A stretch of DNA of 64,000 bases from Candidatus Bathyarchaeia archaeon. GTDB taxonomy: Archaea > Thermoproteota > Bathyarchaeia > Bathyarchaeales > Bathycorpusculaceae. This document shows positions 21,301 to 30,480 of the stretch, in pieces. The stretch lies in the NCBI GenBank assembly GCA_038727135.1, contig JAVYWL010000002.1, positions 128,001 through 192,000 of the forward strand, read 5' to 3'. Positions within the stretch are counted from its first letter, which is position 1. Each line of letters opens with the position of its first letter. The position numbers and the translations under genes were made by a program. The notes below the pieces were generated by a model. It ran no database searches. It worked only from the letters and a program-made list of their open reading frames with translations, and was not told where the DNA came from.

Positions 21301-21935
21301 TCCACAAACACAAAATCAAAATTTTTGCCCTTCAAAACTTTAAAGTGGCTTATCAAGAACCTTTCAGTTGTTACGAGAATGTCGAAATCACCATTGACCA
21401 ACCTTTCCAAAGATCCTCTTTTTTCTTCCTCGCCTAAAGCCGCATGATAACAAACTTTTCTAGGATGTATTCCAAGCCTTTCTGAAAAAGTATCTATTTT
21501 TTCGGCGACTTGCTGCACAAGGAGGGCTGTTGGCACTATAATGTAGCTCTTCTTCCCATTAAAAGCAAAATAAAGAGCTGCAACCGTTCCCAAAACTGTT
21601 TTTCCAACACCGGTAGGCGCAACTATTGAAAAGTTCCTCTTTAAAAGAATCCTCCTCGCCCACGCCTCCTGAAGAGACCACATCCTCTGCCCAACAGCCC
21701 TCTTAAAAAACTTGGAAAACTCGCCAAACTTCCTATAAAAATCGAAAACCTCGCCAGCAAAATATAATTTTCCCCTCTCCTCAAGAGCCTTCAATGCTTG
21801 CTTCCAAGACCTAATATTCTCAACGCTTTCAAGGCAATTTTCACAAATCCCAAAATGTAAAAGACGCTCATCAGACACAGCACCCCTACAATTCACACAT
21901 AACCCGTGATAAATCCCCCTCAAAGCAACCACCAC
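18315..21935 (-). CDS. rgy: Reverse gyrase
   Basis: N-terminal Zn finger, APTGVGKT, DDVD, TOPRIM (IVESPTKA), SAGRVQTP and catalytic TYHRTDS. Confidence 0.96.
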   Translation of the reverse strand: MVVALRGIYHGLCVNCRGAVSDERLLHFGICENCLESVENIRSWKQALKALEERGKLYFAGEVFDFYRKFGEFSKFFKRAVGQRMWSLQEAWARRILLKRNFSIVAPTGVGKTVLGTVAALYFAFNGKKSYIIVPTALLVQQVAEKIDTFSERLGIHPRKVCYHAALGEEEKRGSLERLVNGDFDILVTTERFLISHFKVLKGKNFDFVFVDDVDSFLKSPRNIDRVLAILGFDDAIIELAFQLINLRREASRLRRMGKSHSEVLQQIESMRNKIEDYKSRNNIGLLVVSGATVKAKRTRRIKLFEELLKFQIGFKPEFLRNIKDFYLEASGDVESQVLSLIKSFGSGCLIFVPSVFGRSRALKLSDFLNANGVKTHAYVKMDEEILEKFEKGEYDALIGVASFRSPLARGIDLPERVRYVIFAGVPRMEIKLSWEECNPTKILTLLKNIREFLGKNQQDKASQIINNLRRITPTDKQTLEKIKASIEASVPLSGYEDYVKRLVLDARGFLKSAITPEVIERIMQSKEVSLKKRDGEFYLIVADPVAYVQASGRASRMFAGGITRGASLLLVDDEKAFYSLRRKLEFMLGEATWTRFNAKTAEKWFKKVDEDRTILREIQEGRIVKRIKDFIKAALLIVESPTKARTISRFFGKPYKRKIGNITVFEVSTGEFVLNIVASMGHIYDLVINEGFHGVKIQNGNFIPIYDFIKMCKKCGEQFTGFEFCPKCKSQEFYSKSELIDAMRSIALEVNSVLIATDPDIEGEKIAYDVYCSLYPMNNKVERLEFHEITKKAFLQAVKNRREINLRMVEAQLVRRIEDRWIGFELSQKLWRRFQNYRLSAGRVQTPVLGWIIERVSESRKKKKILSVVLSNGLKVSIENPILKFPAEQLEKRISELKARIIDLKTEERSISPPPPYTTDALLRDASVKLGFSATKTMMIAQDLFEMGLCTYHRTDSTTVSATGIGIAKDYIQEKYPSLFVPRRYFMEGAHECIRPTRPLDVEQLKNLISMGILRFPKRLTSDHFQLYDLIFKRFIASQMREAKLLYQQFKVLIDGNQTFVENPVSILSDGFNAILPIKTVNAVQEGEYTLTLAKLLYLPAARPFTQGEIIALMKERGVGRPSTYAKTVATILERRYAIERGNRLISTTLGFKVYKYLNSTFGEYTSEEATRKLESIMDMIEQGKADYKEILKELYEEILEIRKV

Positions 21936-21979
21936 CCTAAACGCTGAGCCTCAAACACTTAAAGGCAACAGTTAATGAA

Positions 21980-22072
21980 AGCCTCGGGCGGGATTTGAAC
22001 CCGCGACCACCGCCTCTTTGTAGCCCAATAGCTTTACCAAGGCGGTGCCCCACCAGGCTAGGCTACCGAGGC
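21980..22072 (-). tRNA. tRNA-Thr(GGT) with a 19-nt intron at 37/38 (22016-22034); CCA not encoded
   Basis: Acceptor GCCTCGG/CCGAGGC; anticodon arm CCGCC-TTGGTA^intron^A-GGCGG; relaxed BHB. Confidence 0.92.
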
Positions 22073-22177
22073 CCTAACCCCTCAAACACAACATAGACGC
22101 ATAAACGTTTTAAAGGATTTCGCGCTCCCAACAAAACAAACAATTTATAATCTTGAATTTCTTCCAAGCACTATTAG

Positions 22178-22262
22178 GCGGGGGTCGCCAAGCCTGGTCA
22201 AAGGCGCAAGGCTTAGGACCTTGTCCCGTAGGGGTTCGTGGGTTCAAATCCCACCCCCCGCA
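22178..22262 (+). tRNA. tRNA-Leu(TAG); integration target of the adjacent element
   Basis: Acceptor GCGGGGG/CCCCCGC-A; anticodon arm CAAGG-CTTAGGA-CCTTG; long variable arm. Confidence 0.96.
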
Positions 22263-22264
22263 CT
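22241..22264 (+). repeat. attL, GGTTCAAATCCCACCCCCCGCACT
   Basis: 3' end of tRNA-Leu; identical to 33348-33371. Confidence 0.95.
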
Positions 22265-22300
22265 GCTATGTTGAAATTTGAGGGGGGTTCATTCCCGGGC

Positions 22301-23593
22301 TTATTCTTCATAAGCCAGTGGGTCTTTGGGTTTTCTGAAGATTTTGCCGCCATCCTCATATTCGCCTGTTACATATTCGAAGCCGGCTTCTATGAGGGCG
22401 CATGCTTCTTTGACGTTGTGGGCTACTTTTGTTATGTATTCTTGTTCGTTTTTGAAGAGCACTTGTGCGAGGTGGATGTATCGCATGGTGTTTTTGATGT
22501 TTTTGTGGCGTAGGAATTCTTGGACGTGGAATGGGTCTTTGGTGCGCCATGCTTCCATTGTTGCTTTAAAGTGGCGTAGAGTTTTGAAGCTTATTTGCAG
22601 CAGCCTTGGATTCTTGAGTTTTTGGGCTATGCGTTTTCTTTGTAGGGCGAAGTTGCGGTTGTGGTGGTCTATGGGCATGCCGGGATTGGAGAATATTCTG
22701 TCGCCGTATTTTCTGGGCAGGTTGTCGAGCATTTGGGCCAGTTCTTTTGAGATTTTGTAGGTTCTTGATTTTGAGCCTTTTTCTGGTGTTACTCTTATGG
22801 TTCTTGTGGCTTTGTCGTAGTCTGTCCATTTGAGTTGCCATGCTTCTCCTGGGCGCATGGCTGTTTCGAGTAGTAGCTGTAGGAAGCATGCCATTCTTGG
22901 GCTGCATCCGGCTATTAGCTGTTTTATTTCTGTGGGTTGGGGTATGAAGGGTTCTTTTTCAACTCTTTTGTATGTTGGGCGTTGCCATGTTCCGTCGTGC
23001 ATGGCCAGAAATGTTGTGTAGGCTTCGCATGCGAGGTCTTTTCTTCCAGCTGACCATGGCTGTTTGGCTATTACTTGTTTGACGCTTTCCGGGTCGTATA
23101 GGTTTGCGCCTAACTTTGCGAGCCTTTTTATGAGTCTGACTCTGCCTTGGATTGTGGTTTCTGCGTAGCCGTTTCTTTTCATATACCAGATGAAGTCGAC
23201 GATTTTTTGTTGGCTTAGGCTTGCTGAACCCTCCCGCTGGGGCATCTCTTGGCGGGTTTCCACTTCGGCCAAGGTTTGCACCGCCTTATGGGCGGAGGGC
23301 GCTTGGCTTAATGCTTCATAGCTCCCTTGGCAGTTAAAAGGTAAGGCTTTTGGTGAATTTAAAATCTGCCTATCAATTTTCTGAAGGTTTTGAGACTTGT
23401 TTAAACTGTTGAGGCGGGTTTCGCTGAATCTGTAACCACAGATATTGCATAAGTAACGTTGAATGAAGGTGCCATCTGTCAGATAGCGTAGCCCATCTTT
23501 GTAAGTTTTTGTTGAATTGCATAAGGGACAGCTTATGGGCTGATGGTTTTCAACAGCATCGGTTGTTTCCTCAGCCTCGTTCATTGTGGTCAT
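22301..23593 (-). CDS. Tyrosine recombinase/integrase with an N-terminal Zn ribbon (start likely ATG 23593, overlapping the upstream stop)
   Basis: AMRPGEA, KTLRH and LRHKNIKNTMRY catalytic motifs; CPLC...CNIC; adjacent to att. Confidence 0.92.
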   Translation of the reverse strand: MTTMNEAEETTDAVENHQPISCPLCNSTKTYKDGLRYLTDGTFIQRYLCNICGYRFSETRLNSLNKSQNLQKIDRQILNSPKALPFNCQGSYEALSQAPSAHKAVQTLAEVETRQEMPQREGSASLSQQKIVDFIWYMKRNGYAETTIQGRVRLIKRLAKLGANLYDPESVKQVIAKQPWSAGRKDLACEAYTTFLAMHDGTWQRPTYKRVEKEPFIPQPTEIKQLIAGCSPRMACFLQLLLETAMRPGEAWQLKWTDYDKATRTIRVTPEKGSKSRTYKISKELAQMLDNLPRKYGDRIFSNPGMPIDHHNRNFALQRKRIAQKLKNPRLLQISFKTLRHFKATMEAWRTKDPFHVQEFLRHKNIKNTMRYIHLAQVLFKNEQEYITKVAHNVKEACALIEAGFEYVTGEYEDGGKIFRKPKDPLAYEE

Positions 23594-25527
23594 TTCACTC
23601 CGTATTTTCCGATGGCTGGTGCGTCTCTGAGCCAATACTCGTCTTTTAGTAGTTGAATTGTGGGCTGCACTGGAAGGTTGAGTTCTTTTATTTTTGCTGC
23701 CAGAAGGGAGCAGTCGACTAGTCCGTCTTCATCCTTGTTTTCGATTAGCCATGTTTTTAGTTGTTCGAGTTTTTCTGCTATGCTTTTTGTGTCATGGCTG
23801 TCAATCGTGTCAAGGGTTTGTGTTTCTTTTATTGAAACTTGTATCATGTTGTTGTCGAGTTCTTTTATTTCCCAGTTGTCGTTGTTAAATTCTGGTTTTC
23901 TTTGGTTTAGGGTGTAGAAAACCTTTGACACGTTTGACAGGGTTGACATGTTTTGGCTGTAGCGGATGCCCTTGAATGTTACGGCTCTTGTGCCGTTTAT
24001 TTTTGGTCTGTGGTCTATTACTGGGATGTGTTGAGGTAGGTTTTTGAAGAATGTGTCTTTTGTTACGCATGGGATTTTTCTTTCTCTGCAGTAGGCTGCA
24101 AAGGCGTTGTATAGGTCTTGTTTTATGATGAAAGCATCTGAGTCTACTTCAAGGCAGTCCATGACGAAGGCTGCTATTGGGCTGCTTTTACGTATGTAGT
24201 CTTCGCGGATTTCCTCTGTTGTTTTGCTGTGGCTGAATTGTCCCTTTTTCAAAAGCCTTTTTAATGCTGGTAGGACAAGGTTTAGTAGTCCGCTGAGTTC
24301 TTCAGGCGTCGTGAGTTTTTGCAGTATGTATGGGTCTGCTTTGTCGTTTATGAATTGGTTTGGGAAAACTATGATGAGCCATCTGCGGAAGAAGGCGTCT
24401 GTGTCGTCGTAGGCCTCTGGCACTTTGTTGGCTGAAAACAGCAGTTTGGCATAGTTTTCGAAGGTGAAGCTGTTTTGGAATTTGCGCTCCGCTACTATTA
24501 GGTCTCTTCCTGTTAGCATTTTGAAGGTTCCTGTTCGCCAAAGGGCTTTGTCTGGTAGGTCGGCGTAGATATTGGCGAGTTTGTGGTGTAGGTCTGCTTT
24601 TGCGAATCGGTTTTCTTCAAGGTCTTGGAGGCTTCTTCCGCTTACGTTTTCTTTTCCGATGAATGCTTTTACAAGGTTTAGGAAGGTGCTTTTTCCATTC
24701 GAGCCTCCGCCTACAAGCATTAGGGCTTTGGCGATGATGTATTCGCGGTATAGGCAGAAGCCAATAACTTCTAAGAGGATTTGAATGTCCTCTTCTGTGG
24801 CTGTTATTTGGCGTAAGAACTGTTTTATGTTGGGGCAGTCAGCGTTTGGGTTGTATTTTACTGGGATTTTGTTGAAGAACATGTATTCTGGGGTGTAGGG
24901 CTTAAGCTCCATGGTGTTTATGTCTAAAACACCGTTTTCTAAGGGAATCAGGTTTGGCGGCTCCTCTTTCCTGTTAACGTATGTGGAGACTTTGATGTAT
25001 TCGATGACTTCTTCAGCTCTGTTTTTGCGGTATTCCTTGCCCAGCCTTGCCTTGCATTGTTGTTTGATTAGGATTTCGCCGTAGGGTTGGTAGAAGCCAT
25101 CATTGAAAACGTAAACCATATCCGTGTCTTTCATTGTTATGAAGCGGTATTCATTCATGAGTTCTTCTGCCAAAAGTTTTGGGACAAACTTTCCATTGTC
25201 AAAATATTTTTCGGGAAACTCTACAGGCTCTTGTTTTATTGGTTTGGCTAAGGCTTCTTCGAGTTCTTGTCTCTTCTTGGTTTTGGGTTTGGTGCAGTAG
25301 TTTCCGCAATTTTCGCATCTGAAAAATTCTGTTCCAACGTCGTCTACATGGCTTGGTTTTAGGCTTTCGCTACCGCAATAGGGGCAGAACAATTTTTTAA
25401 GAAAGCCTAATTCGTCATATTCACGTTTTGCTGGAAGGTTTTTATTTTGCGATGTGCTGTTTGAGGGCATGGATGCTGAGGTGTTGTGGCTCTGTCCTTG
25501 GGAAGAAACTGAAGTTTGGCTCAGCAT
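23590..25527 (-). CDS. P4/D5-type SF3 helicase (phage/plasmid primase P4 C-terminal family) with an N-terminal Zn finger
   Basis: ENGVLDI (D5_N), GGGSNGKST, FKMLTGRD, FSANKVP and AFFRRW motifs; CPYC...CENC. Confidence 0.92.
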   Translation of the reverse strand: MLSQTSVSSQGQSHNTSASMPSNSTSQNKNLPAKREYDELGFLKKLFCPYCGSESLKPSHVDDVGTEFFRCENCGNYCTKPKTKKRQELEEALAKPIKQEPVEFPEKYFDNGKFVPKLLAEELMNEYRFITMKDTDMVYVFNDGFYQPYGEILIKQQCKARLGKEYRKNRAEEVIEYIKVSTYVNRKEEPPNLIPLENGVLDINTMELKPYTPEYMFFNKIPVKYNPNADCPNIKQFLRQITATEEDIQILLEVIGFCLYREYIIAKALMLVGGGSNGKSTFLNLVKAFIGKENVSGRSLQDLEENRFAKADLHHKLANIYADLPDKALWRTGTFKMLTGRDLIVAERKFQNSFTFENYAKLLFSANKVPEAYDDTDAFFRRWLIIVFPNQFINDKADPYILQKLTTPEELSGLLNLVLPALKRLLKKGQFSHSKTTEEIREDYIRKSSPIAAFVMDCLEVDSDAFIIKQDLYNAFAAYCRERKIPCVTKDTFFKNLPQHIPVIDHRPKINGTRAVTFKGIRYSQNMSTLSNVSKVFYTLNQRKPEFNNDNWEIKELDNNMIQVSIKETQTLDTIDSHDTKSIAEKLEQLKTWLIENKDEDGLVDCSLLAAKIKELNLPVQPTIQLLKDEYWLRDAPAIGKYGVK

Positions 25528-25544
25528 CCATGCTTTCCTCCGTT

Positions 25545-25949
25545 TTAGCTTGTTTTGATTGGTATTCGGAAGTGGGAGTTTTTGCCTGATGAGATGTATT
25601 CGCCGCCTTTGGCTTTGACTATGTCCGCTATTTTTGCAAAGTTTTCTGAGCCTAAGAATTGGCGGGGCTTTATTATGCAGAATCCTTCTCTCTCTTCAAA
25701 AGTGAGTAGCTGCCGCAAATCTTTTGGGAATAATTCGTCTATGCTTTGCGATTTTTGGTCTTCTGCAGTTGTTGTTTTTGGTTTAGATAGCCATCCGTCG
25801 ATTAGTCCTGTCAGATTAGCCTTTGTTACTTCCAGCTCTGCTGGGTCATCTATGAGAACTTCGATTTCATAGTATTCTTTTGTCCATTCTTCGGCTTCGC
25901 TTGGTCTTGAGGTTTTCCCCTTGCCTACTGTTAAACGTTGGAGGTGCAT
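25545..25949 (-). CDS. Hypothetical element protein in the replication operon
   Basis: Tightly packed ORF with an upstream GGAGG; no family recognised. Confidence 0.7.
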   Translation of the reverse strand: MHLQRLTVGKGKTSRPSEAEEWTKEYYEIEVLIDDPAELEVTKANLTGLIDGWLSKPKTTTAEDQKSQSIDELFPKDLRQLLTFEEREGFCIIKPRQFLGSENFAKIADIVKAKGGEYISSGKNSHFRIPIKTS

Positions 25950-25950
25950 T

Positions 25951-26154
25951 TTATTCGCCTCCTTCTTTCCAGAAAATCCAGCTTTTGGAGGTTTTTTGTC
26001 CCTTGATTTTTCCTTCTATTAGCAGTTCAAGGCAGTGTTTTAGGGCTGTGTTCCAGTTTCCAATTTTGCAGGCTTTGCGGATTTTTTCTATGTCTGTTGG
26101 CTTCTTGTTTTTGCTAAGGAAGTCGTAAATTTTTTCTTTGTAGTTTGCGTCCAT
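25951..26154 (-). CDS. Small winged-HTH DNA-binding protein
   Basis: IEKIRKACKIGNWNTALKHCLELLIEGKIKG...SWIFW fits a wHTH pattern. Confidence 0.75.
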   Translation of the reverse strand: MDANYKEKIYDFLSKNKKPTDIEKIRKACKIGNWNTALKHCLELLIEGKIKGQKTSKSWIFWKEGGE

Positions 26155-26223
26155 TTTCTTTTCACGTTTGGAAAATCTTTAAGAAACGCTTAAAATGAAC
26201 TAAGTTTAGACAAGGTTTAGGCC

Positions 26224-26940
26224 ATGCTTGATAGAGAGCAAATTATTTTGGATGTTCTTAAGGATGGGGAGAAGCGTTGGAGAGAGCTTGTTCGCCTTCT
26301 TGTTAGTTCTGGTAAAATGTCGAAGGCTACGCTTTCCTTGAATTTAAAAAAGTTAGAGAAGGAAGGTAAGATTAGGCGCATTACGGATGAGTCTAAAAAG
26401 CCTCCGTTGGTTTTGTATGCGCTTTCCGTTTTTGAGTCGCTGTTAGAGCGGAAGCTTAGAGAAGTTGTTGAGGAGCTTAGACGCGAGTTCTTTTTTCTAA
26501 GAGAACCAACGGTTAAAGAAGTAGCTTTGAGGGTTGGGGAGCTTCCGGAAAAAGTTCGAGAAACGCTTTACAGTATTGCCCCAAAAATTGGTTGGAGGGA
26601 GCAAGAAAAGGATGAAGTAGAGAAAGAGGCTGAAGAAGCTATTAATTTGGCTGGGTGGCTTAAATGGCTTAAAAAAGGCGAACAAAACAGCGAGTTAGCT
26701 AAAATGGCTGAATATGCTTTACAAACGGCTTCTCGCCACACCATTGAGATGGCTGATAAGATTCTTAAAAACTTTCCAGAAATAGTTCCAGAAGCTTATC
26801 CCAGCAGCTCAGGTCCGCACCATTTTGTTGAGGCTGGGCTTGAATGGAATGATGAAACTTTGAAAGCATGGCGCCGTGTTTTCAAAAGCGATCCTCCCGC
26901 TCCTGGCTTGAGTGGATTTTGGATAGTTCCAAGAAGCTAA
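26224..26940 (+). CDS. Winged-HTH regulator, putative element repressor
   Basis: RWRELVR...SKATLSLNLKKLEKEGKI; divergent from the replication operon. Confidence 0.75.
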   Translation: MLDREQIILDVLKDGEKRWRELVRLLVSSGKMSKATLSLNLKKLEKEGKIRRITDESKKPPLVLYALSVFESLLERKLREVVEELRREFFFLREPTVKEVALRVGELPEKVRETLYSIAPKIGWREQEKDEVEKEAEEAINLAGWLKWLKKGEQNSELAKMAEYALQTASRHTIEMADKILKNFPEIVPEAYPSSSGPHHFVEAGLEWNDETLKAWRRVFKSDPPAPGLSGFWIVPRS

Positions 26941-26947
26941 TCCTTTT

Positions 26948-29900
26948 TTACGTGCCGAAGAATCTGTCTAATGAAACATTTTTATCTTCTTGAAGTTGTC
27001 TTTCTGGCTTTTTTGGTGGTTTTAGGCGTGGTTCTTCTTCGCCTTTTATGGCTTCTGGCGTGGCTTCTTCTGCCCTTTGAAGCCTTCTTTTCATCATTGT
27101 TTTAGCCATGATTTTTGCGGTTTTTGCCAGTTCCTTTGGCAGTTTGAGTATTCTCGTTATTTCCATGTCTATTTTCTCGATGACAGTGTCCCAGAGTTTT
27201 TCAATGTTTTCTGCTGTGTCTGCACCGCCCAGTTTTCGCGCTTCAGCCTCAAGCTCATCAAAAAGAGAAGCCAACAGCTCTACATCCTTCTGTTTTAGAG
27301 TTTTAACGTCTAAAATGGGCATTTCTTCAGCATGTTTGACTTCTAATGCTGCAACGCCCATTCCAGTTATGCGAGCATGAGACTCTATATATAATTGCGG
27401 AAAGCTTGAATTTAGATAAGACAATAATGCTTTTGTTTCATTTTCAGTTAATTCGATTTTTGGGATGAAGGTTATAATAGCGTGATATGTTACAACTGGA
27501 TGTTTAGTTAGGATAAACCTTGTTTTATATTGTGATTGATATATTGCCATTATTGGTGCTTTTTCTATTCCGCCGAGGTCATACCATCCATGAAAGAGGT
27601 CTTTCTTTTTTTCTCTTGCTTGGCATGCTAAGGCTTGGCTGCATATTTTTCCGCCGCCCCTTGTGCCTCTTATCATTGTTCGGCATTCTGTTTCTCCCCA
27701 TTTTATATAATCCAAAACGTTTTTGGGCAGTTTCTCGCGTGGTTCATGGCACATGAAAAAGTAGCATGGCGCGCCCTTCTTTTTCAGCTCTTCCCAGTCT
27801 TTTTTGGTGAAGGTGAACCACTTGGCATACCGCGCGCTCGTCAAGGCAGGATAAGCATAGTCTTTTAAGCCATAATGCTGAACCTTACTCTCATCCAAAT
27901 AAAAGAAATCCTTTGCTCCAACATCAGGTCTTTTACCATGCTTAATAGACCAAACAGACCAGAAGCAATTGCCACGGCTTGGCTCAAATAAGTCCCCCAA
28001 CCGAATAGTTCTACCTTTAAGCTTGTCTAAAATAGCATTTGCATCAAATAGAAGGTTTATCCATTTTTGGTCTTTGGGTATTTCCCTCTGCTTTAAAGCT
28101 CTGATTATGTAGCGTTCCTCGTATTTTTCTGGTTTTTCAATAGCCTCTAAAATCTCATCAACCTTGAATGCTTCTGTTTCCGCTATGTCTGCATACATGA
28201 AAACTGTTTGATTATCTTCGCGTTCTTTGTTGTTGCTACACTTTTCAAGTAATATGATGCATGTGCCAATTAACGGCACTGGAAAGACTCTGGCTGAAAT
28301 GTCGATTAAAGCCTTAACCTTAAAATGGTCCAAAAGGAAACGCCCAAAATCAACGCCATAATCCGTTTGAAGCCAACTATCAGAAACAATCATCCCAAGC
28401 CTTCCGCTTTCCCTAAGCATGTCGAAAGCATGCATAATGAAATGAATGTAAATGCCAGGCTCCACACCTCTCTGAACCTGAGCGGTCAAATTATATTCTG
28501 TAAGCAATCTTCCAATGGAATCTTTGATTGCTTCCCTTGTCTTTTCTGGAATTTCCGTCCACCGCGTGTAAGGCGGATTAGCAATCACAGCGTCAAACTT
28601 TGGAATAGCAATTTCACGCTTTATCTCCCCAGCCAAAGTCTTAACAACATAAGGCGAAACAACAGTCTGCTCAGCCTCAACCCTAAAGAAATCAGTATGA
28701 ATCGTGTTCACTTCCGTTGAAGGCGCCCTAATATAACGCGAAGCCAAATTCAAAGCAGTCAAATGCAACGGAAACGGGTTAATATCAAAAGCATAAAGCT
28801 GCCTCAAAATCTCCTTGTGCGCCCTTTCAGTAGGTTCTTTGTAACCTTTTAGCTCAAGTAAACGCTTATATGCCTTAACCAAAAACGTCCCAGAACCACA
28901 GCCAGGGTCCAGAACCTTGTCGTCTGGGCTTCTAACAGCCCATTTAGTAATTAATTCTGCTATGGCTGGCGGCGTATAAAACTGTCCAAGAGCATGCCTC
29001 TCAGCCGCTGGAATAAGCTCCTCATAAATAAAGCCGACAATATCCGAGCCTAAATCCTCAAGCCTATGATGCTCCATATCCTCAATAAACGCGTTAATGC
29101 CCTCAAGCACAAACGGGTCGTCTGGAAGCTCAATCTCATCATAAATCCCCGTGTAAAACACAGGCTCAAAATCGCCAGTAACCTCAACAGCCTTAGCAAA
29201 ATAACGATACAGCAAATCCAAATAGGCTTTAGCATCAGGCGCCGTAATGGGCTTAAGCTTACGTTCGCCCAACTCTTTGAAATGCCTCTCCAAAACCTTA
29301 TAAAAAACAATCTTATTCATGAAAACGTAAGCCATTTCCTTAGCCAACTGAGCCGCATCAGGCTTGTAGCCAACCTCTTCCGCAAACCTTTCGTATTGAG
29401 TCTTAAACTCCTCATCAGTCTTAAGCTTCTTACGAATTAATGGTTCAATAGCCTCCGAAAGCCATGTAACAAAATCTCTAAGCACAACAATAAAGGACCA
29501 GTCAAGCGGAGTAACAGCCACAGGAACCTGCCTATAAAGCCTTGCAACAGTAACAAGAATCTCCTCAGCAAACTCCTCATTAATTGTTATACGCTCTCGC
29601 ACCAAAATCCTATGAGTATCAAAGGAGAATTTCTCGCCAGCCTCAGGCCTTCTAAATAAAGCGAAAACCCTGCCATTAGTAGTGGCAAAATAAGGCGCGC
29701 CAGAATAAATAGCATACCACAAAGCCTGGTCAATTACAACTCTACTCGTGGGCATGATGTTGCGAACAGCCCTGTAATAGCCCTTCTCTTCATACTTCCG
29801 CTTAGTCTCAATAATCAAAAGCGGCTTTTTGCCCTCAGCCAAAATAACCGCCAAATCAGCCCTACGCCCATTAACAGGAAACTGCGTCTTAGGCTCATCA

Positions 29901-30019
29901 AACCTCACACCATCAACAGTAAAGCCCCTCTTCTCCAAAACACTAAAAATATAATGATGAAGCTTACTCTCGACTTCAGCTTCCCAACTCACTGAGCCTA
30001 ACCTCTTCAACCAAATCAA
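26948..30019 (-). CDS. Type IIG restriction-modification enzyme (fused REase, N6-adenine MTase and TRD)
   Basis: ADL...IIETK nuclease motif; GQFYTP; DPGCGSGTF (motif I); NPPY (motif IV). Confidence 0.92.
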   Translation of the reverse strand: MIWLKRLGSVSWEAEVESKLHHYIFSVLEKRGFTVDGVRFDEPKTQFPVNGRRADLAVILAEGKKPLLIIETKRKYEEKGYYRAVRNIMPTSRVVIDQALWYAIYSGAPYFATTNGRVFALFRRPEAGEKFSFDTHRILVRERITINEEFAEEILVTVARLYRQVPVAVTPLDWSFIVVLRDFVTWLSEAIEPLIRKKLKTDEEFKTQYERFAEEVGYKPDAAQLAKEMAYVFMNKIVFYKVLERHFKELGERKLKPITAPDAKAYLDLLYRYFAKAVEVTGDFEPVFYTGIYDEIELPDDPFVLEGINAFIEDMEHHRLEDLGSDIVGFIYEELIPAAERHALGQFYTPPAIAELITKWAVRSPDDKVLDPGCGSGTFLVKAYKRLLELKGYKEPTERAHKEILRQLYAFDINPFPLHLTALNLASRYIRAPSTEVNTIHTDFFRVEAEQTVVSPYVVKTLAGEIKREIAIPKFDAVIANPPYTRWTEIPEKTREAIKDSIGRLLTEYNLTAQVQRGVEPGIYIHFIMHAFDMLRESGRLGMIVSDSWLQTDYGVDFGRFLLDHFKVKALIDISARVFPVPLIGTCIILLEKCSNNKEREDNQTVFMYADIAETEAFKVDEILEAIEKPEKYEERYIIRALKQREIPKDQKWINLLFDANAILDKLKGRTIRLGDLFEPSRGNCFWSVWSIKHGKRPDVGAKDFFYLDESKVQHYGLKDYAYPALTSARYAKWFTFTKKDWEELKKKGAPCYFFMCHEPREKLPKNVLDYIKWGETECRTMIRGTRGGGKICSQALACQAREKKKDLFHGWYDLGGIEKAPIMAIYQSQYKTRFILTKHPVVTYHAIITFIPKIELTENETKALLSYLNSSFPQLYIESHARITGMGVAALEVKHAEEMPILDVKTLKQKDVELLASLFDELEAEARKLGGADTAENIEKLWDTVIEKIDMEITRILKLPKELAKTAKIMAKTMMKRRLQRAEEATPEAIKGEEEPRLKPPKKPERQLQEDKNVSLDRFFGT

Positions 30020-30192
30020 CGCTTAGCCTTAGGTATAGTAAACTTTGACCTTGGCCCCTCATAAACATTAAACTTGGCCTTACATCTCTCACACTCAAAG
30101 CGATTAACCTTATAAAATCTGAACTTCCAAGTTTTCAGCGGCTTAGCCTTAAACTCACCGCCACACACCGGACATTTGACACTTTCACTCAA
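30016..30192 (-). CDS. 58-aa Zn-ribbon micro-protein (not in the ORF track)
   Basis: MSESVKCPVCGGEFKAKPLKTWKFRFYKVNRFECERCKAKFNVYEGPRSKFTIPKAKR; its stop overlaps the RM gene start. Confidence 0.75.
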   Translation of the reverse strand: MSESVKCPVCGGEFKAKPLKTWKFRFYKVNRFECERCKAKFNVYEGPRSKFTIPKAKR

Positions 30193-30200
30193 GACTCAAC

Positions 30201-30227
30201 CCTCGCCAATAATTGTTATTGGCAAGG
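30201..30227. promoter_or_regulatory. Inverted repeat between the RM operon and the RHH gene; possible operator
   Basis: CCTcGCCAATAA-TTG-TTATTGGCaAGG. Confidence 0.45.
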
Positions 30228-30323
30228 CGTAAAAAAACTTTGCAAACAAAAAGGAAATAGTTTATATCTAAAGAATCAAATAGATATCCACAGAAATAAA
30301 GCAACAATTCAAGGTTGAATAAG

Positions 30324-30473
30324 ATGCCTAAATTCATGCAAACCTTAGACGAAGAAATCTACAAGCGGCTTGAACAAATAGCCAAACAACGCGGAATAAC
30401 AGTCCAAGAACTAATCAGAGCCGTCATAATCCCCGACTGGCTACAAAGCCAAAGGCACATAACAAAGGAGTGA
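30324..30473 (+). CDS. 49-aa ribbon-helix-helix (CopG-like) protein (not in the ORF track)
   Basis: MPKFMQTLDEEIYKRLEQIAKQRGITVQELIRAVII matches the RHH pattern. Confidence 0.82.
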   Translation: MPKFMQTLDEEIYKRLEQIAKQRGITVQELIRAVIIPDWLQSQRHITKE

Positions 30474-30480
30474 CAAAACT

